64,000 nt of DNA from Octopus vulgaris (Eukaryota). The translations under genes and the position numbers were made by a program. Below the pieces are notes generated by a model that was not told where the DNA came from, did no database searches, and saw only the letters and a list, made by a program, of their open reading frames with translations. The stretch lies in contig OX597816.1 of assembly GCA_951406725.2 (NCBI GenBank), positions 141,174,001 to 141,238,000 of the forward strand, given 5' to 3'. This document shows positions 11,954 to 24,038 of this stretch, piece by piece (within the stretch, counting starts at the first letter, position 1; each line of letters begins with the position of its first letter).

Positions 11954-12898
11954 CTGTTCAACTGAATGTTGTGGTTATTGTTGTTTAAAATGTGAGGGGA
12001 GCTGTTAGAAGAGAAGTTATACAAATGATGAAAAGAAAGTGGTAGAAAGACAGTATACAAATATATGATGAATACAGATGAATATAAGTTGTAGAAACAT
12101 TTAATTTAGAAATGTTCATTTTGAGCAAAGTTGTGTCAATATCAGTTAATCCTTTAGTATTTAAACCAGACATATCCAGCCAAATAGTCTCCCTGTTTTA
12201 TGCTCAGCCAGCCAGATGTGGTTTCTTACACCTAACCTACAAAATCATTCTAGAAAAATTAACAGTTACATCAGCAAAATTACAGTAATATATTCCGTGA
12301 AGGAGAAAATAAACACATTATTAACAACTCTACTATAAATGAGGATGTATAATAATTCTCATTGTTACCAAAAGATTCAGATATAAAGTGTTAAATTAAA
12401 GATGAAGAGCTGAGGCAAATACACTACTTTCTGTAAAGAAATATATATAGATTCAATAATGAACAAAAGACATCATGTAATGTAATCTTGGCATGGTCTC
12501 AATAGTTGGATGCCCTTCCAAACATCAATCATTTTAAAGAGTGTATTGGGTGCTTTTTCCTTGGCACCAACACTAGTGCCACAGAACTCACAAGACTAAA
12601 GAGCCCCCATGACTGAGTGGGAGTATAGTAGAGGTGCTTAAAGCAAGATGTTGAGAGGTTAAAGTATGACAGAAGAGACAGAAACAGGTTTGTTGCAAAA
12701 GAGGAGATACATTATATAAGTGTAGGTGGAAGTAATTGAGATGGAATTGGAAAGAGAGATAAAAAGATGGTGGTGACAAGGTGACAAAGTACAAGAAGGT
12801 AAACAGTAGAGTGTGGGAACAGAAGATCAAGAAAGGTGGTGAATAAAAGTTGCAAGAGTATGGTAGGGAGAGTGACAGATGGTCCGAGATAAGATTAA

Positions 12899-13092
12899 CC
12901 CTTTAGCATTTAAACTGGCCATTTCCAGCCCAAATATTCTACCAGTTTTAAGTTCAAACCAGCCTCTCACACCTAGCCTACAATGTCATTCTAAAAATAA
13001 ACAATCAGATTAACAAAATCTGAAAGCTATGAGAAAATGCATGATTAATTTAAAACAACGTTAACAAATAAGCATTACAATTAACGAAAGAG
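12899..13092. mobile_element. TTAA MITE, family A
   Basis: TTAA-ccctttagcatttaaactggcc…aaagag-TTAA. Confidence 0.75.
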
Positions 13093-13104
13093 TTAAAGGT
13101 GGCG

Positions 13105-13305
13105 GCACCAGACTCTAGTCTGTTGTGGCATGGTTTCTACAGCCAGATGCCCTTCCTAATGCCAACCACTTTACAAAGTGTGCTGGACGCTTTTACATAG
13201 CACTGCACAAGCACTTTTACATGGCACCACACGGGCACTTTTATGTTGCACCACACAGGCGCTTTTACGTAGCAACACATGGATGCTTTTACATTATGCC
13301 ACACA
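13105..13305 (-). mobile_element. RTE-tail element fragment with about 23-bp tandem units
   Basis: gatgcccttcctaatgccaaccact followed by repeats of gcttttac(a/g)t(a/g)gcaccacac. Confidence 0.6.
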
Positions 13306-14232
13306 GAGAATAATATAAGAGACAGGGCGATAATAGATGAGGATGGGTAAAGGTTGCAAGACCTGATAGAGGTGAAGGTGGTCAAAGGTACATAGGGGTG
13401 AATGGAGTAGCAAAAGTAGGGGGAGGTAGTCAATCACAGATATGAGACAGTGTTAAGAATGAGGGATGGATGTTGAGAGTAAACAGTTCTGAGAAGGAAG
13501 AATAACTAGTAGCACAGAAAGGGATGATGGAACGTGTATTTCTGCTCTCATTTAATAATAGAGAATGAAGAGATTATTCATGAATAGGGTTAGAATTAAA
13601 ACAGTAGTAAATAAATAAACAGAAGCTGCCTAAAGTCCATAAAGGAAAATACCACTTTGATAGATTGAATATAAAATCTACTAGTACTAGTGTAGTGGAC
13701 CAACAATTCCAAAGTATTCCAACATGGTAATAGTCAACCAACAATTCTCACTGTACACAAATAACAGTGAGCAATAAGGTGGTTCCAATCAGACATAGAA
13801 AGTGAGCTTGAAAATATTTCTAACTAGTGTTAACTGAGAAAAAAAAATGTAGCTGAAGATTTGAATGTTGATAGTAAGAGTTTAATATATAAGAGAAGAT
13901 AGGTGTATATAAAATAAAAGTATTCCATTTAATAATAAGAAATCTAAAATATTTTAAGCCATACTACACAACACAGAATTTGAGTATTTAAAATAATGAG
14001 TTACAATATCAGAGGTAAAGTTTTTAAAATTGCAATGAGACTGAATGCAGAAAATAGGGTCTCAGATGTTGACATCATAGGAAAGTTTGATGTGCTGCAG
14101 TAAAAGCAAGCAATGATAAACAAAAAATGAAAAGTTCAATGATGTTGACAAAGCCTTTTTTATTGAACCAAATACAGAAAAACATTGCGATAATATGAGA
14201 AAAGCTCCTAGATTTCATCCAATTAACAGAAG

Positions 14233-15002
14233 CACTGGCATTGCTAATTTTTTGTCTTTGGTCAGTAAATGTTATTTCCTATTTGCTTCTATCTAAAAAT
14301 CTAAGGATATGACTACTATTCCCTTCAAACTTTACTTTCGTGACCTGGACATTAATGTTTTGAAAATGACATATTTTCCATCATGTTTTAGACCAGTGGC
14401 TCTCTGTCCATACAAGCAAAATAATAAACTGGGTACACACAGTAATTTATTAAGGATCCATGAAAATATTTTGATTTAAATGTATTTATTGGAAGAAACA
14501 ACTAGATTTCTTTCTCTAACGTTTTACCTTTAAAGCTAATGTTTGGGGGAAAATAATGGAATTTTGAAAGAAGTATTTATAAAACTAGTTTTTAAATACT
14601 CAGAAGCTATGGGGATCCACCAGAATAAAATAATAATCAAAGGGGTCCATGGGTAAAAAAAAGTTGAGAACCACTGTTTTAGACAGATTCAGCACTGAGT
14701 TGGTGAAGCAGAAATAACATTATAGCAAATATTCTACTCAATACCAAAGATCTGCTTGTCAGTTGATTGACCTTAACCACTTGAGCATGTCCCTTAGTGG
14801 CTGACAATATGTGCATCTCTGTTCATGAGCAGAAGTAGTGGAGGAGCGTCAGAGCCATGTGTCGAGGGGGATTCTTTGGGGTTTAAATAAATGTAACAAA
14901 AGCAAAGTTTGAAAAAATATTAACCATTTTTCATTTTTTCTAGGAGTAAGAAAATAGGAAATAACAGTTGCTACCCAAGGACAAAAATCGTGTTACAGTG
15001 TT
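14233..15002. mobile_element. MITE-like element (same family as 58061-58546), interrupted by a hAT MITE
   Basis: Collinear with 58061-58546 once 14394-14676 is removed; sub-terminal inverted motifs ttttgtctttgg / ccaaggacaaaa. Confidence 0.75.
14394..14676. mobile_element. hAT (Charlie/Buster-like) MITE
   Basis: Ends cagtgg…gttgagaaccactg. Exact 8-bp TSD TTTTAGAC at 14386-14393 and 14677-14684. Confidence 0.85.
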
Positions 15003-15257
15003 ATTAGATGCCCTAATTAATGTCACCACTGCCTCTGCCACTTGTATGAATTATGTTATTTAATAATGAAAATAACATTCTAAACTTCATATTACCAACT
15101 ATTAAAAACTAATGGTTAACAGTTTTTATATAGTGTCTATTGACAATAGAGTTACCATACCGTAAGTGAAAGACTTACTATTAATGTGTGAATTGACATT
15201 TATATCTAAAATTGCAATCACCAAATATAAATACACAATATTCACTTTCACACTCAC

Positions 15258-15377
15258 TTTGCTATTATTACAACAGCTCGGCAAAAACATGGACTACTGA
15301 CATTCTTAGGTGCATTCCTTTTCAGTATTTCAGTTGGAACTTTTTCATATAGGCCACAGAAGCCTCTACAACCTAAT
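15258..15377 (-). CDS. RB1: Candidate additional or cassette RB1 exon, 120 bp (T-LGCRGFCGLYEKVPTEILKRNAPKNVSSPCFCRAVVIIA)
   Basis: Donor gtgagt; T-rich tract with a weak AAG acceptor. Phase 2-2 and stop-free only in the frame required by the flanking exons. No homology recognised. Confidence 0.45.
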
Positions 15378-16049
15378 CTTATCAAATAAAAACAAAAGAA
15401 CATAATCGACCTTTTGTACAACAGCTAAAAATAACAAAGCAGATTTTCATGAAACATGAGGTTTTCTAAATCTGTCTCTATGGTATCAGAAACACAAGCT
15501 AAAAAGAGATTAAAGATAGATTCACTAGAAACAAAACAATACTATTTTATTGCAGATAAGCAACAAATTTAGTTGAATTAGCATCGTATTGTATTAATAT
15601 CATGGACCAACAAAATATAGCATTACAAAAGCAAATTCCGTTCTTAAAAAAAAAGTCAGATGCAACCAAATTTAAGTTTTTATATTCATTCTAAGATAAA
15701 AGATGTATAGACTGTGCCAGATATTTTATAGACAGGCTAAATTTCATAGAAACAACAGGGTAATGAACAGGCCTGATAGCAACACAATGATGAGAAGCAA
15801 TTCTGAATATTAAGTACATGCAGAGAGCTTTGAAAGAAGGCACACAATTTTATGTAGCACAGCAAGTGCTCAACGTCAATATAAGAAATTGTTTGACAAT
15901 GTGTGCAACACTGCAGTGAACCAGTTTAACTTTTGCATCAACATCATTTAAGCTGAAGCTGAAGCACTCTGCCACTTCCAATGCTGAAACAACATAAAAC
16001 CAAGTGACAAGAATAGAAGTGTGGTAGTATGAGGTGCCAACATCTACAA

Positions 16050-17330
16050 AACAGAGGAGCTGCCCTCTGCTCTTCAACTCCACATTTACCTACCACAGCT
16101 TGTCCTTCACTATCTACAAGCTTCTCTCCCCCTCCACATCACCATTGACCTCACACTAACTCCCCAAAATTCATATACCTAACAGCCATAGCTACTCCAT
16201 ATTCTCTTCACTTGTAAATGCCTTACCAAACAGATATCCAAGTACCTCCACTTCATCCTTAGTTGCTTCCCACCTGTTTCACATCCATGACATCAACCAT
16301 GCCTTTCAACTCTTCAACTTTTTTTCCTTCCTGTCCCCTCTTAACGATGGACATTAAATCTTTCTCCCCTGCCATTCCTCACAATGATGATCCCTTTGCA
16401 TCCCCAAACAATTCCTCAACCATCAGATCATCTTCCAACCCAGTAGCTGCAATCTCCCCCATTTAGCTGAACTCACTCTTAACTGTCTTTCTTTTGAATC
16501 AACAATAATTTGGAGTTGCTTTGGGAACTGTTTGTTGGCTACACTGAGATCCAAATCTCACAATTCACAAGATCTATTCCATAACAATATGGTCACTATA
16601 CACATGATTGTATTAGCAGCATCTCTCTCTCTTTGTTGGGAACAACTCAACATCTGTCAACCCTTCCCTTAAACTCATCTTTATCTTCTCTCAGAAATCT
16701 GTTAACTTTGTAGATACATCTATCTCTATCAAACCCATGACTACATTCTCACCACCACCTTCGATAAATGCACCAAGTGCCATTCTAACCTTGACTTTCC
16801 CTCATTTCACATCAAACATGACCTCTACCTCCTCCAGTCCAATTCTACGACTGTCTTCCATTTACCTAGTCCACCTCATTTGAGTGTACCCAACCTAAGC
16901 AATTTATTAGTCTATAGCTCCTTTCCATCATTCTCTCCTGCATTTCTTGAATATTCCCTTGGTCTTGGTCCCATTCTAACACTTGTCCATTCCTCACCAA
17001 CAACACCTCTCTCACAGGACTCAACCACTGCAACTTCTATATTCCAGATTCCTTCACCCATACTTCCAACACCATCACCTATTGCCTTAAATGCTTCCTT
17101 TTCAACACCAGCCACTGCTTAACTGACCAATTCAAGAAACATCTTTACAACATCCATCGCAGAAACAAGACCTCAGTCTCTCACACTTCTACTCAGGAAA
17201 CCACTCAACATAATATCTTAATAAGTTCAGCTTTGCCTTACTGGATCCATGAACAGCAGACTTCACAGAGAGCAGCATTTCATTTTTCCACCCTTTAAAG
17301 CTATACACTTTCAACAATACACCACTCATC
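16050..17330 (+). mobile_element. Decayed Penelope-like (RT plus GIY-YIG) retroelement
   Basis: C-rich strand with remnants LLTMDIKS…AIPHND (RT motif), FVDTSISIK, PNLSNLLV and DQFKKHL; many stops and frameshifts. Confidence 0.65.
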
Positions 17331-17425
17331 CTCATCTGACATAGACACATAAACACATTCACACCACCCCCTGCATGTCACACACTCCTAACAATAAAAC
17401 CTATCCATGCACTTGGACAGGTTTT

Positions 17426-17548
17426 ATCATCATCATCATCATCATCGTTTACCGTCTGCTTTCCATGCTGGCATGGGTTGGATGGTTTGATTGAAGACTG
17501 GTGAGCCAGAGGCTGCACCAAGCTCAATATGGTCTGGCAAAGTTTCTG
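17426..17548 (-). mobile_element. RTE-tail element, 3' fragment
   Basis: (cat)n-cgtttaccgtctgctttccatgctggcatgggttggatgg. Confidence 0.7.
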
Positions 17549-17549
17549 C

Positions 17550-18385
17550 TTCTTTATTTCTGGATAGGGCATATGACACCGTTTGAATTACTGGGAAATT
17601 TCTTGCATACAAAGAAACTCTGGAAAAGTATCTGCAGTGGTTTTGTCGGAATATGTCTTTAAATGGATTGATGAAAAATCGTCAGCGCTTGTTACTAACT
17701 TCAAGCCCATCTTATCAATGGCTGATATTACATTCTCCTCCTTTACATCGATGTAATCAATGGTTACCTCTTCCATGTGTAAAGCTGTGGCATTGAAGAA
17801 GTCATCAAGTCGATTCACTTGCATATCTCTCAACAGAGAAGTGAAAACATTTTGAAACTGTTTTATTTAATATTTCACTTATCCTTTAGGGATCTGCAAC
17901 TACTGAGCTATTTTCTTTAAACAGTGGCCTTATCATGTAACACAATGAAACAGATTCTTTTGCTGATATTTAAGCCTCAGAGTTCATCTTTACATTTGTA
18001 ACTGCTGTGGTTTCTCTTTCTTCTCATTTTCATGTTTTGAGTCAGTGTTTACTTTCCATTACTGAAGTGCCATTTTTAAGTGGGACTCACTGCTGTCACC
18101 AAGTTGTTTCTTCAAACCATCTGAGATCTTGCTTTGTCATTACATAAGTACACTCTTGTCTCTAAGAATAATATTTTTGTGAGTATTATTCTTCACTTTG
18201 GCACAATTTTAATGCATATAGAAGACATAATTTTCAGAAATTCTTTATGCTTCATGATACTGTCTTGCATATTGAGACTTACAGAGAACTGCATTTCAGG
18301 ATTTCTTTTTCAATTGATTAAGTTGAGGCTGGATAGGGTTCAAGTGCTTGCAGTGGTAAACATCTTCAATTTCCTTCAGACATGT
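17550..18385 (-). mobile_element. Decayed LINE ORF2 fragment (region upstream of RT)
   Basis: ORF 17588-17833 (IDVKEENVISAIDKM…SADDFSSIHLK) resembles the pre-RT 'V..AI..L…SPGPD' segment of non-LTR elements. Confidence 0.55.
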
Positions 18386-18386
18386 G

Positions 18387-18900
18387 TATCATCATCATCA
18401 TCATCATCGTTTAACGCCCGTTTTCCGTGCTAGCATGGATTGGACAGTTCGACCGGGGTCTGGGAAGCCAGGAGGCTGCACCAGGCTCCAGTCTGATCTG
18501 ACAGTGTTTCTACAGCTGGATGCCCTTCCTAATGCCAACCACTCCGTGAGTGTAGTGGGTGCTTTTACGTGCTACCGGCACAGGTGCCAGGGGAGGCTGG
18601 CAGTGGCCACGATCGGTTGGTGCTTTTTACGTGCCACCAGCACAGGTGCCAGGGGAGGCTATCAGCGGTCACGATCGGTTGGTGCTTTTTACGTGCCACC
18701 GACACAGAAGCCAGTCAAGGTGGCACTGGCATCAGCCACATTAGGATGGTGCTTTTTACGTGCCACTGGCACAGGTATCACAACTACTATTTCCATTTGA
18801 TATTCATTTTGATGTTGATGTACTTGACTCAATAGGTCTCCTCAAACACAGCAGGTTGTTCTGCAATCCAAGGTACCTGCAGAACGACCTGCTGTGCTTG
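18387..18900 (-). mobile_element. RTE-tail non-autonomous retroelement with internal minisatellite
   Basis: Same family as 10083-10510; (cat)n tail. Confidence 0.8.
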
Positions 18901-19212
18901 AGATAAAACCACTATTATGCAACTCAAACAGTGATAGACATAAACCAAAACATAAATAACAAATAAAATATATTTTTATAAAACATATAATATACTTATT
19001 ATATATTGATTATTCATTCTTATACTTTTTGAAATCTAGTTATATGTTTTATAAAACTACATTTTATTTGTTATTTATGTTTTGGTTTGTCTATCACTGT
19101 TTGAGTTGCATAATAGTGGTTCTATCTTAATTTATATTTCATATATTTATATTGTGAAATTTGATTTAATACTAAATTGAATTTTTCCCTGTAAGTTTGG
19201 AGATATACTCCC

Positions 19213-19216
<4 letters not shown>
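18901..19216 (-). repeat. AT-rich foldback (long inverted-repeat) element, copy 1
   Basis: Arm aaccactattatgcaactcaaacagtgatagaca… pairs with …tgtctatcactgtttgagttgcataatagtggtt. Unpaired tail ttttccctgtaagtttgga…ctccctaat is shared with 48940-49560. Confidence 0.85.
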
Positions 19217-19283
<67 letters not shown>

Positions 19284-19466
19284 GATGCATACACACAAAT
19301 ATATACGGCCCAGATGGTAGTGGAGGTACCCCTAGGACACTGTGCAGTGGGACCAACTTGAACCTAGCTTCTCCAGCAAATAGGCACGCCTGTACCTATA
19401 TATATTTGTGTGTATGTATGCAAACGTGTGTGTGTGCGTGTACATATATAATGTATATATGTATGG

Positions 19467-19980
19467 GTGAAGTTCAGGGAATGTGGAGCATTATTATATG
19501 GGAAAAGGTTCTCATTGAAGACGAATGGGAAGGTCTATGGGAGTTGTGTGAGAGATGCAATGCTGTATGGGAGTGAGACATGGTGTTTCAGAGAGAGAGA
19601 GATAGCAATTTTGAGAAGGACTGAAAGAGCAATGGTGAGAGAAATGTGTGGCGTCAGGCTGTTTGATAAGAGGACTCAGGACTTAATGAGGATGCTGGAG
19701 TTGGGGGGGGGGTCAGTGGAACAGCTGGCAAAAGTGAATGGAGTGCAGTGGTATGGGCATGTTCTGAGGAGAGTGCTAGAGCTTGAGGTAAATGGACAGC
19801 AAAAGCGAGGTAGACCAAGGAAAATGTGGAGGGGACAAGTGGAGAAGGAAATTGAGAGGGTTGGCTTGAGAAGGGAAGTCACCCAAAACCAGGCAAGATG
19901 GTATGAGGGTGGTTGCCATGGCAATGAGGTAGATCTGGCCACCCCACCATTAATGGGGACAAAACCTTGATTCAAAATGA
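19467..19980 (+). mobile_element. RTE-clade LINE 3' fragment
   Basis: ORF: KFRE…FSLKTNGKVYGSCVRDAMLYGSETW…WYGHVLRR…GQQKRGRPRKMW. Confidence 0.85.
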
Positions 19981-20027
19981 TGGAAAGAGGAAAAAAAGCG
20001 AAAAAGAGTATATATATATATATTTAA

Positions 20028-20248
20028 CCCTTTAGCATTTAAACCGGCCATATCCGGCCAAAAGTATTCTGCCTGTTTTATGTTCAAACTGGCCATATCT
20101 GGTCTCTTACACCAACCCTACAATATCATTTTAAAAATTAACAGCTACCTCATCAAAATCTCATAGCTACAAGATAATGCATGACTAGTTCAAAGCAATG
20201 TGGATGAAAAAGGATTAATTTTGGCAGAATAATGTGAACACTAAAGGG
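20028..20248. mobile_element. TTAA MITE, family A
   Basis: TTAA-ccctttag…ctaaaggg-TTAA. Confidence 0.85.
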
Positions 20249-20263
20249 TTAAAGGGCTAAAAA

Positions 20264-20365
20264 CCACTATATGGACAACCATATGCTAGAAGTAGATCAC
20301 CTACGATCAAACTACAGTTTGATCGTAGGTGATCTACTTCTAGCATATGGCTGTTCACATAGTGG
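20264..20365. repeat. Palindrome with a perfect 35-bp stem, extended to 50 bp with 3 mismatches
   Basis: 20279-20313 is the exact reverse complement of 20316-20350. Confidence 0.95.
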
Positions 20366-20423
20366 CTACTGGTTTTAAATTGATATTAATTAAATTAATA
20401 TTCAATTTATCTCCCCCATTATT

Positions 20424-20469
<46 letters not shown>

Positions 20470-20627
20470 ATGTATGTCATGATGGTGCTCCAGCATGACC
20501 ATGGCTGCATGGCTTAAATGAGTAAAAGAGTATGTACATGTGTATGTATATATATAAATATATATGTACATATATGAATATATATGTGCACATACGTGTA
20601 TGTGTGTGTGTATATATATATATATGC

Positions 20628-20663
<36 letters not shown>

Positions 20664-21044
20664 CTCTTTTACTCGTTTCAGTCATTTGACTGCGGCCATG
20701 CTGGAGCACCGCCTTTAGTCGAGCAAATCGACCCCGGGACTTATTCTTTGTAAGCCCAGTACTTATTCTATCGGTCTCTTTTGCCGAACCGGTAAGTGAC
20801 GGGGACGTAAACACACCAGCATTGGTTGTCAAGCAATGCTTGGGGGACAAACACACACACATACACATATATATACATATATACAACAGGCTTCTTTCAG
20901 TTTCCGTCTACCAAATCCACTCACAAGGTATTGGTCGGCCCAGGGCTATAGCAGAGGACACTTGCCCAAGATGCCACGCAGTGGGACTGAACCCGGAACC
21001 ATGTGGTTGGTAAGCAAGCTACTTACCACACAGCCACTCCTGCG

Positions 21045-21046
<2 letters not shown>
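20664..21046 (-). mobile_element. tRNA-derived SINE, full length and apparently young
   Basis: Reverse complement of 2027-2421 with CpGs retained. Confidence 0.85.
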
Positions 21047-21083
<37 letters not shown>

Positions 21084-21217
21084 TAGGCTTTAAAGAAAAA
21101 AAAGACTACACATGGTATCCCTATATATATATATAGGCAAGTTTCTTCTACTGTAACTCCAAGTCAACCAAAGCCATACAAGTCAATTTCCTGGACGGAA
21201 ACTGGAAGAAGCCTATT

Positions 21218-21263
21218 GTGCGTGTGTGTGTGTACTCATACATACATATATATATATACACAT

Positions 21264-21351
<88 letters not shown>
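21218..21351. repeat. (TG)/(CA)/(TA)n microsatellite
   Basis: Direct inspection. Confidence 0.95.
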
Positions 21352-21353
<2 letters not shown>

Positions 21354-21524
21354 CCATTTAACGTCCACTTTTCCATACTTACATCAGCCAAACAGAATTT
21401 GTTGAAGCAGATTTTCTAAGGCCAGAGATCATTCTTGTCACCAACCCTCACCAAGCAACAACATTTCCCCATGCCCAGACATGTGTACATGCACATATAT
21501 ATATATATAAATGAATAAATTACA

Positions 21525-21680
21525 GGCTTCAATCAGTTTCTATCTACTAAATCCACTTACAAAATGTTGGTCCATCACAAGACTATAGCAGAAGACACTT
21601 GCTCAAAGTGCTATGCAGTAGGACTGATCCCAGGACCATGAGGTTGAGAAGCAAACTTCTTACCATGCAACCACACCAGT
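21525..21680 (-). mobile_element. tRNA-derived SINE 5' fragment
   Basis: gaagacacttgctcaaagtgctatgcagtaggactga…aagcaaacttcttacca. Confidence 0.65.
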
Positions 21681-21740
21681 GCATCTTCTTTTAACATCTG
21701 TTTTCCATACTAGTATGATACACACACATCTGTGTATGTA

Positions 21741-21777
<37 letters not shown>

Positions 21778-21778
21778 A

Positions 21779-22118
21779 GGCGCATGGCTCAGTGGTTAGA
21801 GCGTCGAGCTTACGATCGTGAGGTTGTGAGCTCGAATCCCAGGACCGGGCTGCGTGTTGTGTTCTTGAGCAAGGCACTTTATTTCACGTTGCTCCAGTTC
21901 ACTCAGCTGTAGAAATGAGTTGCGACGTCACTGGTGCCAAGCTGTATCGACCTTTGTCTTTCCCTTGGATAACACTGGTGGTGTGGAGAGAGGAGGCTAG
22001 TATGCATGGGCGACTGCTGGTCTTCCATAAACAACCTTGCCCGGACTTGTGTCTAGGAGGGTAACTTTCTAGGTGCAATCCCATGGTCATTCATGACCGA
22101 AGGGGGTCTTTACCCTTT
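21779..22118 (+). mobile_element. CORE-type tRNA-derived SINE, full length
   Basis: A box tggctcagtgg, B-box-like gctcgaatcc, CORE-like gtgttcttgagcaaggcacttta…ctccagttcactcagctgtagaaatgag; flanked by (TA)n. Confidence 0.8.
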
Positions 22119-22125
22119 ATATATA

Positions 22126-22185
<60 letters not shown>

Positions 22186-22454
22186 TACACACTTGTGAGT
22201 ATGTATAATATGCATGTATAAATAAAATCCCGGTAGCATTACATCTGAGGACATAAGTTAGTAGATATATACAATCAGTGTTCAGACTGACTTGCTGCTT
22301 AAACTCCAACTTGAAGTGCAGCTAAAAATGCAGGGATGTTACAGCTGCCTTAATGAAGATTGGCTATCAGCCGTGTTTTAATCAAGCTTGTATATGCATA
22401 ATAAAATAAAAGTCTAAACTGGCAAACAAGAGGTATCAGATGAGATAAATGGCA

Positions 22455-22531
22455 TTTAAACATTGACAACACTTCAGGGTAAAAATGAATGTTACATTCA
22501 TTTCTACCCTAAAGTTTCATCAATGTGTAAA
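22455..22531. repeat. Imperfect 38-bp palindrome
   Basis: 22455-22492 versus the reverse complement of 22494-22531: 32 of 38 match. Confidence 0.85.
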
Positions 22532-22788
22532 TATATAAATGTCATAATCTAATACCACATACCTTTATTTTACTATACATATATACATACATACACACAT
22601 ACATATAAAATATATATACACACACATTAATGTTTGCTTTTATGATCAGTTATATAATACAAAGCATTTTACATTAATCTGAACAGTTACTCTATATTCT
22701 TGTAGAGTACAAATTAATTCTTAAACAAGAATGGTCTTCTAGTTGAAATTTCAAAATTACTATCAATAATATTCTTGTTTAAGAGTCA

Positions 22789-22789
<1 letters not shown>

Positions 22790-22835
<46 letters not shown>

Positions 22836-22960
22836 TACACTATAGGAAGGGCATCCAGCTGTAGAAACACTGCACATCTGAATAGACAGTTGATATATGG
22901 AAAGCGGACGTATATACATACACAAATACATATATATGTATATACTATCTATATAAATGC

Positions 22961-23023
<63 letters not shown>

Positions 23024-23092
23024 AATGTATATACATATAAATTTATATATATATGAATACATATACACATAACTTTTTATATACATATAACC

Positions 23093-23131
<39 letters not shown>

Positions 23132-23428
23132 CAGAGAGAGAGAGAGACAAAGAGACGTAGAAAGAACAGTTAAAGCCAAACTCCATGCATGTTGTTTTTA
23201 AAATAATAAAAGCAAACGGACTTTTCTGTTTGATAGGATGAATATATATATAGACACATAGAATCATATATATAAATGTACACACTCGTAACTATATATA
23301 TAAACACACACATATAAATATATCTAACTATATATACACACATATATATACGCCTACATATATATGTTTATACATACCTACATATAACTATACATAACAT
23401 ATATAAGTGAATATGTAACAGTATAGAA

Positions 23429-23471
<43 letters not shown>

Positions 23472-23575
23472 TTATACACACACACACATACATATAACTA
23501 TATATACACATACATTTATACTATACACACGCATATATATATTTATATATATATATAGAATAAATATATATTTAT
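22790..23575. repeat. (TA)n-rich low-complexity field
   Basis: Multiple long TA/CA runs. Confidence 0.9.
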
Positions 23576-24038
23576 ATCCTTTTTGAATACACAAAATCAA
23601 GTCATCGGTTTAAGGCAACAGTTCTATAAAATAAATGACAACCATATGAAAGTTTACTTTTATTTCATAAGAGCTATAAAGTTGAATATATAAGATACAC
23701 TGCACTAAGGACAGTTCTGTAAAATGACATATCAAAGCATAAATGAAGCACCTCTTTCATTGCGTATGACCATATCCATTATTAAAATGTTCAAACGAAG
23801 GTTATATTTAATGCTCTTAGTTGACGATGGGATTTTCGATTCCATGAAATCCTCAACAGTTCACTATAACCTAAAGAAAGCAGCTAATAATTTTATCATC
23901 GAGTAATAAACAAACAGTTCCACTAAACTGAAACATTGTTAAATAAACAACATAAATTCCAATTAATTGGGGTACTGATTTTCACACCATTACATATTTG
24001 ACATGGATCTTTCACTTCATAAAAGCGACTATACTTAC

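Noticed and set aside
21779-21855. tRNA-like sequence
   Set aside because: It is the head of a SINE and continues into the CORE-like domain; no proper acceptor stem.
20419-23285. YIYIYI / HTHTHT ORFs
   Set aside because: Microsatellite translation artefacts.
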